Shown here: one piece after another, positions 10,339 to 20,015 of the stretch
Layout: every line of letters starts with the position of its first letter
Position numbering within the stretch: position 1 is the first letter of the stretch
UHGV virus genome: UHGV-0135630
Strand: one strand, 5' to 3'
Length of the DNA stretch: 57,694 bases
DNA from: a virus
Position numbers and translations under genes: made by a program
The notes under the pieces: model-generated
Database searches by the model: none
What the model was told of the DNA's origin: nothing
What the model saw: only the letters and a program-made list of their open reading frames with translations

Positions 10339-10902
10339 TTATGCGCATTTCGCAATATCTTTGCGGCGTTTAATCAGTTTCTCCGCAATTTGCTCTATTT
10401 CGTTGAAATCTTTCGAGACGCTGTTTCGAAGCGCCAGATTCCATTTACTCAAAGTTCGGGCATTTTGGACAATTTGATCGCCCTCTTTAAGTCGTCCGTT
10501 ATTCATGAGCCATTCAGCCACATCAGCCCAATCCCAGAGAGGAGACTGGCCTTTTATGCGTTGTACAGGGCAAGGGAAGTCGCCGCTTCCGCGCTTACCG
10601 TCTTTGAGCAACGCCACTGCCTGGCGAGACAGGTCTGTCAGTTCCGCGATATCGCTTAAGCCCACAAGAGCCGAGTCGACGGATTCAACAATTGCACCGA
10701 TACCGGCTGATTCAATATTGTCGACCGCAGATGCGATAGCTGCATCAAGTGATTGTGCTTCGCGGTCAAATTCTACATAGACGGAGTTTCCATATGCGCA
10801 AATTAGCGCATCGTCACAGCCGTTTTGGTACAGCGCGTCTTCCAGTCCTTCCGTCTCATACGATACGCCTGAGAGCGTCAGAGTGAAGTTATAAAGCGCC
10901 AT
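10339..10902 (-). CDS. hypothetical protein (possible C-terminal DNA-binding region)
   Basis: Start at internal Met with AAAGGA RBS; no confident family recognised. Confidence 0.45.
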   Translation of the reverse strand: MALYNFTLTLSGVSYETEGLEDALYQNGCDDALICAYGNSVYVEFDREAQSLDAAIASAVDNIESAGIGAIVESVDSALVGLSDIAELTDLSRQAVALLKDGKRGSGDFPCPVQRIKGQSPLWDWADVAEWLMNNGRLKEGDQIVQNARTLSKWNLALRNSVSKDFNEIEQIAEKLIKRRKDIAKCA

Positions 10903-10962
10903 AGTTTTCCTTTGAAGATAGTTGGACAGTTTCTGCAAAAGGCGGCTAATGCCGCCTTGAAA

Positions 10963-11187
10963 TCATTTACAACGATCAACCATTCGTTTGATCTGTTTGG
11001 CATGGTTTTCGGGATTACCCGGAGTCGACCATACGCTCATTTGGTGAGTTTTGTGTTCACCTTCTGGATTACCGCATCGCAGTCTGCAAAAACAATGTGC
11101 AGCACCACCAGCTGCTACCCAGATCCAGCCTTTACTTAATGCATAGTCAATGGCTGCTTGAATATGCTTATTCGGATGTTGCTTCAT
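10963..11187 (-). CDS. hypothetical small Cys/His-containing protein
   Basis: 74 aa; GGAGG RBS; HCFCRLRC...H cluster; co-oriented with and 24 nt upstream of the previous gene. Confidence 0.45.
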   Translation of the reverse strand: MKQHPNKHIQAAIDYALSKGWIWVAAGGAAHCFCRLRCGNPEGEHKTHQMSVWSTPGNPENHAKQIKRMVDRCK

Positions 11188-11440
11188 TCGCCTCCGATAA
11201 TAGTATTCTATTCACAGTGTTGACATCTGTCAACGGCGACTGAATTTCATCCGTTCATGCCACACCCCATCCATCTCATGTATGTGACCTAAAGATGGTC
11301 AGCACAGCTTACCAAAATAAGACAACTAATTATCTTCGGTGATCTCAATATTTTCCCCTGAACAAAGTTGACATGACGCCATAAACCCGTTCTCTGTTTG
11401 ATATAATTGATACAGATTTTATAAGTAGGAACCTATTAGA

Positions 11441-11872
11441 GTGAACACTGATATTTTTTCTAAAATCATGGCCGATCTGGAGTTCGACCGCGACAACCTT
11501 GAGGAAGTATGGCGTAAACAGCCACGGCTTTTAATGGAGTATGGGTCAAAACTAGCGCAGGCAGATCGAGATGTCGCAGAGGCAAAACTTAACCTTGAAG
11601 CTGTTGAAGCAAAGCTATACGACACAGAGCGTAAGAACTTGAGTATGAACGGCATTAAGTTCAACGAGTCTGTACTGGACGCTAAGGTTAAAACAAACCC
11701 ACAGTATCTGTCTAAACGGCAGAAGTTGGATGAAGCACGGCACATCGCAGACATATACAAACATGCTGTCGCCGCCTTTTCGCATCGCCGAGACATGATC
11801 GTTCAGGCGTCAAAGATGGCCATCGTTGAATTAGAGCGATTAGGCTCTGAACGCTTTATTACTCCCCGTTGA
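11441..11872 (+). CDS. hypothetical protein, possibly UvsY-like recombination mediator
   Basis: 143 aa helical protein next to SSB and RecA-like genes; weak resemblance to T4 UvsY from memory only. Confidence 0.3.
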   Translation: MNTDIFSKIMADLEFDRDNLEEVWRKQPRLLMEYGSKLAQADRDVAEAKLNLEAVEAKLYDTERKNLSMNGIKFNESVLDAKVKTNPQYLSKRQKLDEARHIADIYKHAVAAFSHRRDMIVQASKMAIVELERLGSERFITPR

Positions 11873-11989
11873 TTTTTGATAGATAATAAGTAAGTACTGA
11901 TCTATCATTTAACAGCTCGAAAGAGCCACGAATGAACGAAAGCCCAACGCGCATAGCGCCATCGGCCAAATCACAACAAGGAGAAACAC

Positions 11990-13018
11990 ATGTCTAAGAC
12001 ATTACTTGATTTGCTTAACAAAACTCGTGAAGACATTGCCGCCAAACGTGGCAACAACGTTGATCTGACTCGCTTAAAAGACGGCGTCAACTATATCCGC
12101 ATCTTCCCGAATAAAGACGACCCAAACGGTAAGTTCTTCCAGACTTTCGGTATGCACTACGTTAAGTATCAGAACGAGGAAGGTAAAGAAGCAACCAACG
12201 CTTATATTTGTGAGCAACATACTCACGGTCGCGCTTGTCAGCTATGCGAAATGGTTATGGAAGGTCGCGCTCGTCACAAGGGCAACAAAGCAATGGAAGA
12301 ACGCATCGGTCAAATGCGTGCCACTCCTCGCTACCTGGTCAACGGCATTCTTTCTGCTCGTGAGGATTTCGCAGATGCTGAGAAATGCCAGTTAATCGAG
12401 CTGCCGTCTACTGTATTCGATGATATCTGCAAAGCAATCACCGAAGACATCGCTGATGATATCGGCAATCCACTGAGCAAAGAGGAAGGCTACGCATTCC
12501 TGATTAAACGTACTGGCTCTGGTCGCGATACCAAATATGACGTCTCGCCTAAGCGTAAAGTCTACAAAGGCGATATCGAAGATAAATTCTGGAACACCCA
12601 GCATGATCTGATCGCATACGCAAATCAGGCTGATGAAACTCGTCTTCTGTCGACAGTTCGCACTATGGGTCGTCTGATTGGCATCGCTGCACCAACTGCC
12701 GCAGCATCTGCACCAGCAATTTCCTCAACCGCGAAAACATCGGCTGCGGCACTACCTGGATTTGGCTCTGTCACTGGTCATACGGAGGGTGCGACTGCTG
12801 TAGCAACCGCTCACACCCCAGCTTCTGAACCAACCAGTCTGGTTGATGAAGAAATCCTCCGTGCCGTTGAAACTGAATTTAAACCAGAAGCAAGTTCCGC
12901 TGCCGTTGCCGTATCAGTCAAAGAGTCTGAAGCAGTCGCAGCGACATCTGTAGCAGCCGCATCTGCGACGGAAGATGAAGGTCTGGATGACCTACTGAGA
13001 GAGCTGGACTCTCTGTAA
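11990..13018 (+). CDS. single-stranded DNA-binding protein, T4 gp32-like
   Basis: IRIFPNKDDPNGKFF, Cys/His cluster CEQHTHGRACQLCE, Ala/Ser-rich linker, acidic C-terminus DEGLDDLLRELDSL. Confidence 0.65.
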   Translation: MSKTLLDLLNKTREDIAAKRGNNVDLTRLKDGVNYIRIFPNKDDPNGKFFQTFGMHYVKYQNEEGKEATNAYICEQHTHGRACQLCEMVMEGRARHKGNKAMEERIGQMRATPRYLVNGILSAREDFADAEKCQLIELPSTVFDDICKAITEDIADDIGNPLSKEEGYAFLIKRTGSGRDTKYDVSPKRKVYKGDIEDKFWNTQHDLIAYANQADETRLLSTVRTMGRLIGIAAPTAAASAPAISSTAKTSAAALPGFGSVTGHTEGATAVATAHTPASEPTSLVDEEILRAVETEFKPEASSAAVAVSVKESEAVAATSVAAASATEDEGLDDLLRELDSL

Positions 13019-13034
13019 TCCCATTACGTGACCA

Positions 13035-13060
13035 GTAAGGCGTCTACGGACGCCTTACTT
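13035..13060 (+). terminator. rho-independent terminator (GGCGTC...GACGCC hairpin family)
   Basis: taaggcgtctacggacgcctta + T-run; same stem recurs near 15369 and 16510. Confidence 0.45.
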
Positions 13061-13078
13061 TTTGGAAGGAATGTACCG

Positions 13079-14023
13079 GTGAATTATCTCTTCGTAGATG
13101 GCAATAGCCTGGGTTATTACCACCAACAATCTGACAAATTGCACAACGGCGAAATGGAAGTACAGGCTGCTTTCGGCTTTGTTAAGAACGTCCGTCGTTA
13201 TGCCTCCATCCTCCATGCCCGACCTATGATTCTTTGGGATGGATTTAGTGACAAGCGTCGCGACTTTTACCCGGACTACAAAGCAAATCGCGACGACGAT
13301 CCTGATATGAAAAAGATGAAGGAAGGCTTTGCTATCCAGAAGCCATACATCCTCAAAATGATGACCGCGCTTGGAGTTACCCAACTCATTGCAAAAGATG
13401 CAGAAGCGGATGATCTGGCCGGGCTGCTGGTATCCCGCATGGCACCGCAGCCAACCGTTGAACACATCTATCTGTTAACAGGCGATAGCGACTGGCTTCA
13501 GTTAGTTCGTGAAAACGTAAGCTGGGTAAGCCTGCGTGAAGACGCCAAAAACAAGCAGGTTAATTTTGAGCAATTTGCGGAGCTGACAGGATTCGCCACG
13601 CCTCGCGCATTTTTGGAAGCAAAAGCATTACAAGGCGATAACTCGGACAACATTAGCGGTGTTGGTGGCATTGGTGCTGGCGGTGCGAAAGAGCTGCTGC
13701 ATGAATGGGGAAGTGTCGCAACGATGGTACGCGGCATCAACGACGGCTCAATCGTGGTTAATAAAGGGCGTCATAAGACCGCCTTCAACAAACTAGCGAA
13801 GAATGCCTTCAACGAGAAAACAGGCTGTCGAATGCTCGAAGCGTTCAAGAGAAACATCACGCTAATGAACCTGATTGAGACGAAGTTTCCGCCTACCGAA
13901 ATCGAAACAATCAAAGGCAATCGTGACGTGAAAGCATTCGAGCAACTGTGCTACGAGCTGAATTTCCGTTCGTTCCTTGAAGATCTTGAAGTGTTTGTTC
14001 TTCCATTCGAAAGGTATTGCTAA
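13079..14023 (+). CDS. 5-prime to 3-prime exonuclease / flap endonuclease
   Basis: YLFVDGNSLGYY and NISGVGGIGAGGAKELL are FEN/Pol I 5-3 exonuclease motifs; GTG start after AAGGA chosen downstream of the terminator hairpin. Confidence 0.8.
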   Translation: MNYLFVDGNSLGYYHQQSDKLHNGEMEVQAAFGFVKNVRRYASILHARPMILWDGFSDKRRDFYPDYKANRDDDPDMKKMKEGFAIQKPYILKMMTALGVTQLIAKDAEADDLAGLLVSRMAPQPTVEHIYLLTGDSDWLQLVRENVSWVSLREDAKNKQVNFEQFAELTGFATPRAFLEAKALQGDNSDNISGVGGIGAGGAKELLHEWGSVATMVRGINDGSIVVNKGRHKTAFNKLAKNAFNEKTGCRMLEAFKRNITLMNLIETKFPPTEIETIKGNRDVKAFEQLCYELNFRSFLEDLEVFVLPFERYC

Positions 14024-14289
14024 TGCTTAAATCGATTATCAATGGCGCTACAACCACCCCTGCCCAACTGGCAAAAGAGATTGTCTTTTATCACGGTGAG
14101 TACGCTGTCATCGCACTGCCGTCAATTCTAGGCGCTGCCGGAATGAAAGCGACAGATCGCGAGTTTGGATTAGTCAGCGAGCAGGTCGTAAAAATCCTCG
14201 CTCGTGTATCCAGACTCCTTAACCACGATGCGATTGTATTCGATGAATCCGCCGCTTTAAAACGAATCAACGAAACAAAAGGAGCCTGA
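14023..14289 (+). CDS. hypothetical protein
   Basis: 88 aa from internal ATG overlapping the FEN stop. Confidence 0.4.
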   Translation: MLKSIINGATTTPAQLAKEIVFYHGEYAVIALPSILGAAGMKATDREFGLVSEQVVKILARVSRLLNHDAIVFDESAALKRINETKGA

Positions 14290-14291
14290 TC

Positions 14292-15365
14292 ATGGCAAAA
14301 GGAAAATCCGCACTGGCACTTGCTCTGAAAAAGAAAATCGGTAGCAACGACGAAATTCAGAAAGTAACTCATTGGATTGATACAGGCTTTCCACCGTTAA
14401 ACAAAGCTATTTCTGGTCGTTACGATGGCGGCTTCCCATGTGGTCGTATCGTCGAAGTATTCGGTCCTCCAAGTGCAGGGAAAACGTTCCTTGCAACAGC
14501 AGCGATGATCTCCGCTCAAAAACAAGATGGTCTGGCGGTATTCCTCGATCATGAAAACAGTTTTGACGTTGGCCTGGCTGTAGCCAATGGCCTGAACGCA
14601 GATGAGGATGACGGTCAGTGGGTATACAAGCAGCCTGACACCTTCGAAGACTCTGTAGAGTTGATCGGCACAATACTTAAATTGGTACGTGATGAAGAGC
14701 TTATCCCTGAATCAGCACCTATCTGTATCGTGGCTGACTCACTTGCGTCTATGGTTCCGAACTCCAAAGCCGAGAAGTTCGAAAAGATGGCTGAAGGCAC
14801 TGCCAAAGACAAAGATCAGCTAAACATGAACGACAATACGGCACTGGCTCGTGCGACAAGTGCGAACTTCCCTACTCTGGCTTTGTGGGCACGCAAATAC
14901 AACGCCTGCATCATCTTCTTGAATCAGGTTCGCACAAAAATCGGTGTAATGTTTGGCGACCCTACTACGTCGCCAGGTGGAGATTCACCGAAGTTCTACG
15001 CTTCTGTACGTATCCGTCTTGGTGCATCGGTGATGAAGGATGGTAAAGAGAAGATCGGCCAGGACGTAGGCGCAGAATGCATCAAAAACAAAGTTGCACC
15101 ACCGTATGGCAAATGCACCTGGAAATTCTACTTCGATCCTACTCGTGGCCTCGACGTTATCGAATCGCTCGTCGAGTACATGCTGGAAGAAGGATACCTG
15201 CCAAAGAACGCCAGCGGGCGAGTTGAAATTGGTGACAAGAAATACACCAAATCGCAGATCGTCGAGATGTATCGGGAGAAGCCACTGGCTGAAATCATTG
15301 CGGCTTTGCAGGCAATCGACGACCGAAGAGCAAAAGACAACCCCACCGAGTCAGTAGAAGAGTAA
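14292..15365 (+). CDS. RecA-family recombinase
   Basis: 357 aa; Walker A GPPSAGKT; RecA-like core layout; good RBS. Confidence 0.75.
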   Translation: MAKGKSALALALKKKIGSNDEIQKVTHWIDTGFPPLNKAISGRYDGGFPCGRIVEVFGPPSAGKTFLATAAMISAQKQDGLAVFLDHENSFDVGLAVANGLNADEDDGQWVYKQPDTFEDSVELIGTILKLVRDEELIPESAPICIVADSLASMVPNSKAEKFEKMAEGTAKDKDQLNMNDNTALARATSANFPTLALWARKYNACIIFLNQVRTKIGVMFGDPTTSPGGDSPKFYASVRIRLGASVMKDGKEKIGQDVGAECIKNKVAPPYGKCTWKFYFDPTRGLDVIESLVEYMLEEGYLPKNASGRVEIGDKKYTKSQIVEMYREKPLAEIIAALQAIDDRRAKDNPTESVEE

Positions 15366-15368
15366 ACA

Positions 15369-15396
15369 CAAGGCGTCCACAGGACGCCTTTTTTAT
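15369..15396 (+). terminator. rho-independent terminator
   Basis: aaggcgtccacaggacgcctt + TTTTTTAT. Confidence 0.55.
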
Positions 15397-15398
15397 CT

Positions 15399-15427
15399 CT
15401 TGAAAATATATAAGTACTTACTTATTA
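15399..15427 (+). promoter_or_regulatory. sigma70-like promoter TTGAAA-17-TATTAT containing a motif B palindrome in the spacer
   Basis: Near-consensus -35/-10 with 17 bp spacer, about 30 bp upstream of the 15458 ATG. Confidence 0.45.
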
Positions 15428-15457
15428 TTTTCGCATAACAACCACATAGGAAAACAC

Positions 15458-15658
15458 ATGATCAAAATCTATCTATTGGCAGTAGCCACAGGCCTTTCAG
15501 TGGCTCTCATCTACGGTTTACTGGTTCCGTCGCTGATTTCTACCAAGAGTGATTTAGCCGTCATGTTTGGAGTTATCGTTGGTTTTGGTGCTCCTGTAAT
15601 CGGTCTTATTGCTGGTCGTAAGTTTATCAACTCATTAATCAAAGCAAAGGGGAAATAA
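15458..15658 (+). CDS. small membrane protein (two predicted TM segments)
   Basis: 66 aa hydrophobic; AGGAAAACACATG start context. Confidence 0.5.
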   Translation: MIKIYLLAVATGLSVALIYGLLVPSLISTKSDLAVMFGVIVGFGAPVIGLIAGRKFINSLIKAKGK

Positions 15659-15661
15659 GTA

Positions 15662-16492
15662 ATGAAGAAAGGTTTACTTGCAGTTGCTCTGGCGGCTATT
15701 TGCACAATGGGTCTTACTGGCTGTGATCGCGTGGAGCCTGGATACGTTGGCATCAAAGTAAACAAATTAGGTGAAGACAAAGGGATCGGTGAAGTGGTTG
15801 GCGTTGGTCGCCAATGGACAGGTCTTAACACCGAACTTTACGTATTCCCGACCTTCAAACAAATGAAGACCTACGACGAGCCGTTCACATTCCAGATGAG
15901 TGACGGTACTGCTATTGGTCACAAAATTGGCGTTGCGTATCTGGTTAATCGTGACAAGGTAACGACGGTGTTCCAGACCTATCGCAAAGGCGTAGACGAT
16001 ATCACCGAATCAGATCTGCGTCAGAAAATTGCCGACTCTCTAAACCGTTTGGCCAGCCGTATGACCACTGACTCATTTATCGACGGTGGTAAGGCGCAAT
16101 TGCTGGACAACGCACTGAAAGATATTCAGAAAGAGATGTCTCCGGTTGGTATTGAGGTACTGAGCCTGTCATGGGTTGGAAAGCCTGATTACCCAAAAAC
16201 CGTCATTGAATCTATCAACGCCAAAGTAACGGCTAACCAGCGTACTCTGCAACGTCAGCAGGAAGTTGAACAGCGTAAAGCTGAGGCGAATATGCTACGT
16301 GAACAGGCTAATGGTGAAGCTGATGCTATCCGTGCTCGTGCGCAAGCAGAAGCCGACGCCATTCGTCTGCGCGGTGAAGCTCTGCGTCAAAACCCGAACG
16401 TTATGGAGCTGGAAGCCATCAATAAATGGAATGGCCAGTTACCGCAGTACATGACTCAAGGGGCTAACACTCCTTTCATTACAGTGAAATAA
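15662..16492 (+). CDS. SPFH/band-7 domain lipoprotein
   Basis: Lipobox LTGC after signal peptide; C-terminal coiled-coil QRQQEVEQRKAEANMLREQANGEADAIRARAQAEADAIRLRG typical of SPFH proteins. Confidence 0.6.
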   Translation: MKKGLLAVALAAICTMGLTGCDRVEPGYVGIKVNKLGEDKGIGEVVGVGRQWTGLNTELYVFPTFKQMKTYDEPFTFQMSDGTAIGHKIGVAYLVNRDKVTTVFQTYRKGVDDITESDLRQKIADSLNRLASRMTTDSFIDGGKAQLLDNALKDIQKEMSPVGIEVLSLSWVGKPDYPKTVIESINAKVTANQRTLQRQQEVEQRKAEANMLREQANGEADAIRARAQAEADAIRLRGEALRQNPNVMELEAINKWNGQLPQYMTQGANTPFITVK

Positions 16493-16509
16493 CTCCCCTA
16501 AAAAGTTCA

Positions 16510-16535
16510 GGCGTCCAGTTGGACGCCTTTTTTAT
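16510..16535 (+). terminator. rho-independent terminator
   Basis: ggcgtccagttggacgcc + TTTTTTAT. Confidence 0.55.
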
Positions 16536-16583
16536 CGCAATTATCTTATTAAGAAAACAATTTGTTTAAAAGGATAAGAAAAC

Positions 16584-17009
16584 ATGACAGTTATTAAGAA
16601 ACTCTACGATGCCGCAAACGCGGCTCTGGATGTTATTGATGATGAAGTATCAAAAGGCTTTCCTGAACCTGATTGGGCGCATCAGCTACGAAACGCTATC
16701 GCAGAAATGACCCCATCAGATCCAACCCCCGACGAGACAGACTGGCAGCGATTCATCCGTATGTACGCTCAGGAAATAGGTCCAACGCCAACGGCAGAGC
16801 AGGCAATGCTGCTGAAATACTTCAAAGAGGCGGGAGAGGATTTACCAATTGATGACTCAGCATATTGGTTCCACTGCGCATGGCGTAAGTATGACGTGAT
16901 ATTCACACAAGGCATGGGAAGCAAAGATATGGTTGTGTGGCATCTACTCCATATAGACACAGCCGTTGACAGAGTTATTGAACAGTTTTTCCCTAACCAA
17001 GAAGATTGA
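16584..17009 (+). CDS. hypothetical protein
   Basis: 141 aa; motif A palindrome and RBS upstream. Confidence 0.5.
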   Translation: MTVIKKLYDAANAALDVIDDEVSKGFPEPDWAHQLRNAIAEMTPSDPTPDETDWQRFIRMYAQEIGPTPTAEQAMLLKYFKEAGEDLPIDDSAYWFHCAWRKYDVIFTQGMGSKDMVVWHLLHIDTAVDRVIEQFFPNQED

Positions 17010-17064
17010 TCGCCTATTCATAACTAACAAAATAAGTAAACACTAACCACAAAAGGAAAAACAC

Positions 17065-17340
17065 ATGAGAGTTTTAGTTCGAATCGTTACCAGCACTGTC
17101 TATGACGTGTTTCCGCTTTTTATGGTCAAAGTCGATGGCCTTAACGATGAAGAAACTGACGCGCTGATCCAGCGTACTCTTGTTGAATATACAGGTCATG
17201 ACGCTGATTCAGTGATGGTTGATGATGATGGTGTTTGTTGGCATAACGGCAACTGTTGGTACGTAGAAGAGACTCAACAAATCAGTAATGAAGATGCTGA
17301 ACATCTTGAGCGTATTTTAAGCATCAGCACTTTTGAGTGA
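17065..17340 (+). CDS. hypothetical protein
   Basis: 91 aa; AAAGGAAAAACACATG start context. Confidence 0.45.
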   Translation: MRVLVRIVTSTVYDVFPLFMVKVDGLNDEETDALIQRTLVEYTGHDADSVMVDDDGVCWHNGNCWYVEETQQISNEDAEHLERILSISTFE

Positions 17341-17379
17341 GTTTACAGTAAAGTTTATATAAGTTAGTATTTACCTATC

Positions 17380-17559
17380 ATGAAGATTTTTATTGAATAC
17401 TTGTTACTCATCGTTTCAATAGCTTTTGTCATCGACTGCATTTTCACTGGTGTCATTCGTAAAGTCTTTTCCCCGGTGCACGACGTAGTCATAAACGCTT
17501 TGGCTATCGTGCTCGTATTTAATTCAGCATTTGATGTAATCAAAGAGGTGGCAGCATGA
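17380..17559 (+). CDS. small hydrophobic membrane protein (59 aa, not in ORF track)
   Basis: Translated by hand: MKIFIEYLLLIVSIAFVIDCIFTGV...; stop overlaps the next gene start. Confidence 0.3.
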   Translation: MKIFIEYLLLIVSIAFVIDCIFTGVIRKVFSPVHDVVINALAIVLVFNSAFDVIKEVAA

Positions 17560-17891
17560 AGACCATCCCATTCGCGCTGTTGTTTCTTTCTTCGATCGTT
17601 GTGGCCGACACCACTGTTTATCAGTGTGAAATGTCTGTAGCCGACGTTAAGAATGGCGCTCTTACCGACGTCATAAAAGCACCATATGGAGCGATGGTCG
17701 TAGACAGCGGCGACCAGTTCTATGTTGTGCGTGACGATCGAGTGTTGTCATCCCCATATCTCACAAATCGTAATGGCAAATTAACCGGCGTCGGAGAAGA
17801 CCACTTCGTATACAACAAATACAAGGGCTTCTATGGCGTTCACGCTTCTCAGCAAAGCTACCTTTTCGATGACTGCAAGGAGGTTGGGTAA
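17556..17891 (+). CDS. secreted protein of unknown function
   Basis: 111 aa; N-terminal signal peptide MKTIPFALLFLSSIVVA. Confidence 0.5.
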   Translation: MKTIPFALLFLSSIVVADTTVYQCEMSVADVKNGALTDVIKAPYGAMVVDSGDQFYVVRDDRVLSSPYLTNRNGKLTGVGEDHFVYNKYKGFYGVHASQQSYLFDDCKEVG

Positions 17892-18103
17892 TGGCATTAA
17901 CACTGGCAGGTCTGGAAATCGAGAAAACAAGCGGCTACTGGCGTGCTAAGGGTTTCAAGCAGCCTGGCATTCTTGAGCGTCTGGAACGTGAAGATGGGTA
18001 TATCGTCCACCAGCGGCGTGAATGGCGTATGTACGATCCAGAAACAGGAAAACTGACTACAAAAGCCGGAACACTTTGGGGTCTGTTAAAGAAAATACAC
18101 TAA
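17891..18103 (+). CDS. hypothetical protein
   Basis: 70 aa; start overlaps previous stop. Confidence 0.4.
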   Translation: MALTLAGLEIEKTSGYWRAKGFKQPGILERLEREDGYIVHQRREWRMYDPETGKLTTKAGTLWGLLKKIH

Positions 18104-18150
18104 ATGCAAACTGACTGCGGCACGTTCCGCAGTCATATTTCATAGTCGTC

Positions 18151-18682
18151 ACCGCTGACAGCATACACAATCAACTACCGCTGATAGCATATCGAGAGTC
18201 TATCTCACCGCTCACAGCATACTTTACTCGATTTTTTACCGCTGACAGCATACTTAAGACATTGCATGAATAATGTGTACCGGTATGGGTATAACCAGAA
18301 CAAAATTACCGCTGGCAGCATACGAATGTCTGACATATGCCATTAATTACCGCTGATAGCATATCCAAACAAAAATTCCTCAATAAAACACCGCTGACAG
18401 CATACGTTCTATCAGGGAGTAGCAGGCAATAAATGCCTTTCACTACAAGCAATCAGCGCAATAGCAATAGAATGTTAGTGAGCGCAAACCTATATGGAAT
18501 GCACTCTTCGAGGTTAGTAACCACTGGGGAGGTATGACAGAGCATTGAGTGGTGATAGATGATTTACCGCTCACAGCATACGTTCATCTCACTATACCGC
18601 TGGTAGCATATCTTTAACCGTTCACAGCATACTTTTCAGAAAAATAGCCGCTGATAGCATACATTTCACCGCTGACAGCATA
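18151..18682. repeat. iteron array, about 12 copies of ACCGCTGACAGCATA (incA-like)
   Basis: Direct 15-bp repeats with minor variants (GATAG, CACAG, GGCAG, GGTAG) at irregular spacing, immediately downstream of repA. Confidence 0.8.
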
Positions 18683-19777
18683 TCAAAGCAGTTTGAGACT
18701 ATTGGAAAGGATCTCAATCATCTTGATATTTTCAGGCGTCAAATTCTGCGAAAGTTCGGTTATCTTGTTGATAATGTTCTGTTTGGCATCAATTTCCCCA
18801 GCTTTCTCATCTGGTTTTTTGGGTTCGATGTCTTCAGGTTTTGGCGGTGCGACTTTGAGTTTTGGATTGCGGCTGTGAATCTGGATATAGATCGACCGCC
18901 CACGCTTAATCTCGCTGTATTCGAGATAGCCCAAATCTTGGAGAGCTTTTAAGCCGTTACGTATAGTCTGATTCTGCGAGCTGACATTCCTGCTACTCAA
19001 ATTGAGTCGCGCACGCAATCGAGCAAGCGATACCGGCGCAGGCTTGGTTGGAAGACTTTCGATGAAGGTGTACAGAGCCTGTGCTGTTTCTTTGCGTGGT
19101 AGCTTATTGATAACCTTTAACTGCAAAAGAACCTTATGGTCAAAGCGATATAGTTCGGCCAGCTTCGGTTCTGCATAGAACACCACCGTATCTTTCTGCT
19201 CGTTGTAGTCCACGCTATTGATGAGGTGCACCATCAGAAGCGAGATCTTGTTAGAGCCGTCGACGTTCTTTTCTTCATACGTTCTCTGGAAAGACAGAGT
19301 TGTACGCATGATCTTCAAAAGACTGTTTGTAAGCCGGTCGCGGAGTGTTTTGCGGATCTGTGACGATGGATAGCCACAAAACTTAGCAAATTTCGTGATG
19401 CTTAACTCGACACGACCGTTAGGTTCGCCGTATTCTGCCAGCGAACGCACAACGCCCACCCACGTTTTGAAATCATGATCCATGTCGAGACGAGGACCGG
19501 TTATCTTGATATCGGAATAGCCTTCAGAACGGGCTACTTCGAGCTGGACAAGCTCCTTTGAAGCATCGATCTCATTTGGCTTGTTACGTTTACTGTATTT
19601 TGTTCCCTTAAGCGTGGGGACGAACAACCCCAGTCGCATCAACGCAATTGGTTGGACTGTATTGTTGCTATTAGGGACAAGTTCCCCTGTGTACAATTCA
19701 AGGGAACCTTCTTCAAAGTTGTCGATGTTATCTTCTACTTCTTTGTTATTTTTACCTTTTTTATTTTTTGTGGACAT
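18683..19777 (-). CDS. repA: replication initiator RepA (P1/RepFIB family)
   Basis: NSNNTVQPIALMRLGLFVP...YSDIKITGPRLDMDHDFKTW...AQALYTFIESLP...IQIHSRNPKLK recalls P1 RepA; start set to internal ATG downstream of the upstream iterons. Confidence 0.85.
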   Translation of the reverse strand: MSTKNKKGKNNKEVEDNIDNFEEGSLELYTGELVPNSNNTVQPIALMRLGLFVPTLKGTKYSKRNKPNEIDASKELVQLEVARSEGYSDIKITGPRLDMDHDFKTWVGVVRSLAEYGEPNGRVELSITKFAKFCGYPSSQIRKTLRDRLTNSLLKIMRTTLSFQRTYEEKNVDGSNKISLLMVHLINSVDYNEQKDTVVFYAEPKLAELYRFDHKVLLQLKVINKLPRKETAQALYTFIESLPTKPAPVSLARLRARLNLSSRNVSSQNQTIRNGLKALQDLGYLEYSEIKRGRSIYIQIHSRNPKLKVAPPKPEDIEPKKPDEKAGEIDAKQNIINKITELSQNLTPENIKMIEILSNSLKLL

Positions 19778-19797
19778 GTGGACACCTTTGTCATTCA

Positions 19798-19898
19798 ACC
19801 GCTGACAGCATACTTGATTTGCCGCTGACAGAATACCAAAAACAGTTGGCAGCATACGGTGAACCGCTGACAGACTATCAATTACCGCTGACAGCATA
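19798..19898. repeat. upstream iteron set, 4-5 copies (incC-like, part of origin)
   Basis: ACCGCTGACAGCATA and variants overlapping the repA promoter region. Confidence 0.7.
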
Positions 19899-19929
19899 CA
19901 TGAACATGACTTCAGACCAGTCGTGGCGC

Positions 19930-20015
19930 GGCTTACAGCGATCGGGGATCTTATTTGATCTATATAAGGATCTATCTATGGATCTCTTTATTAGGATCTA
20001 TCCTGTGGATATGTG
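19930..20015. promoter_or_regulatory. origin-like segment: five GATC sites in short repeats plus DnaA-box-like TGTGGATAT
   Basis: gatcggggatcttatttgatctatataaggatctatctatggatctc...cctgtggatatg. Confidence 0.5.

Noticed and set aside
10339-11187. HicA/HicB-type toxin-antitoxin pair for the 74 aa + 187 aa co-oriented genes.
   Set aside because: Neither protein shows the HicA or HicB motifs I can recall; left as hypothetical proteins.
18151-18682. Possible CRISPR array.
   Set aside because: Repeats are 15 bp with irregular spacers, flank a repA gene on both sides and have no cas genes nearby; they are plasmid iterons.
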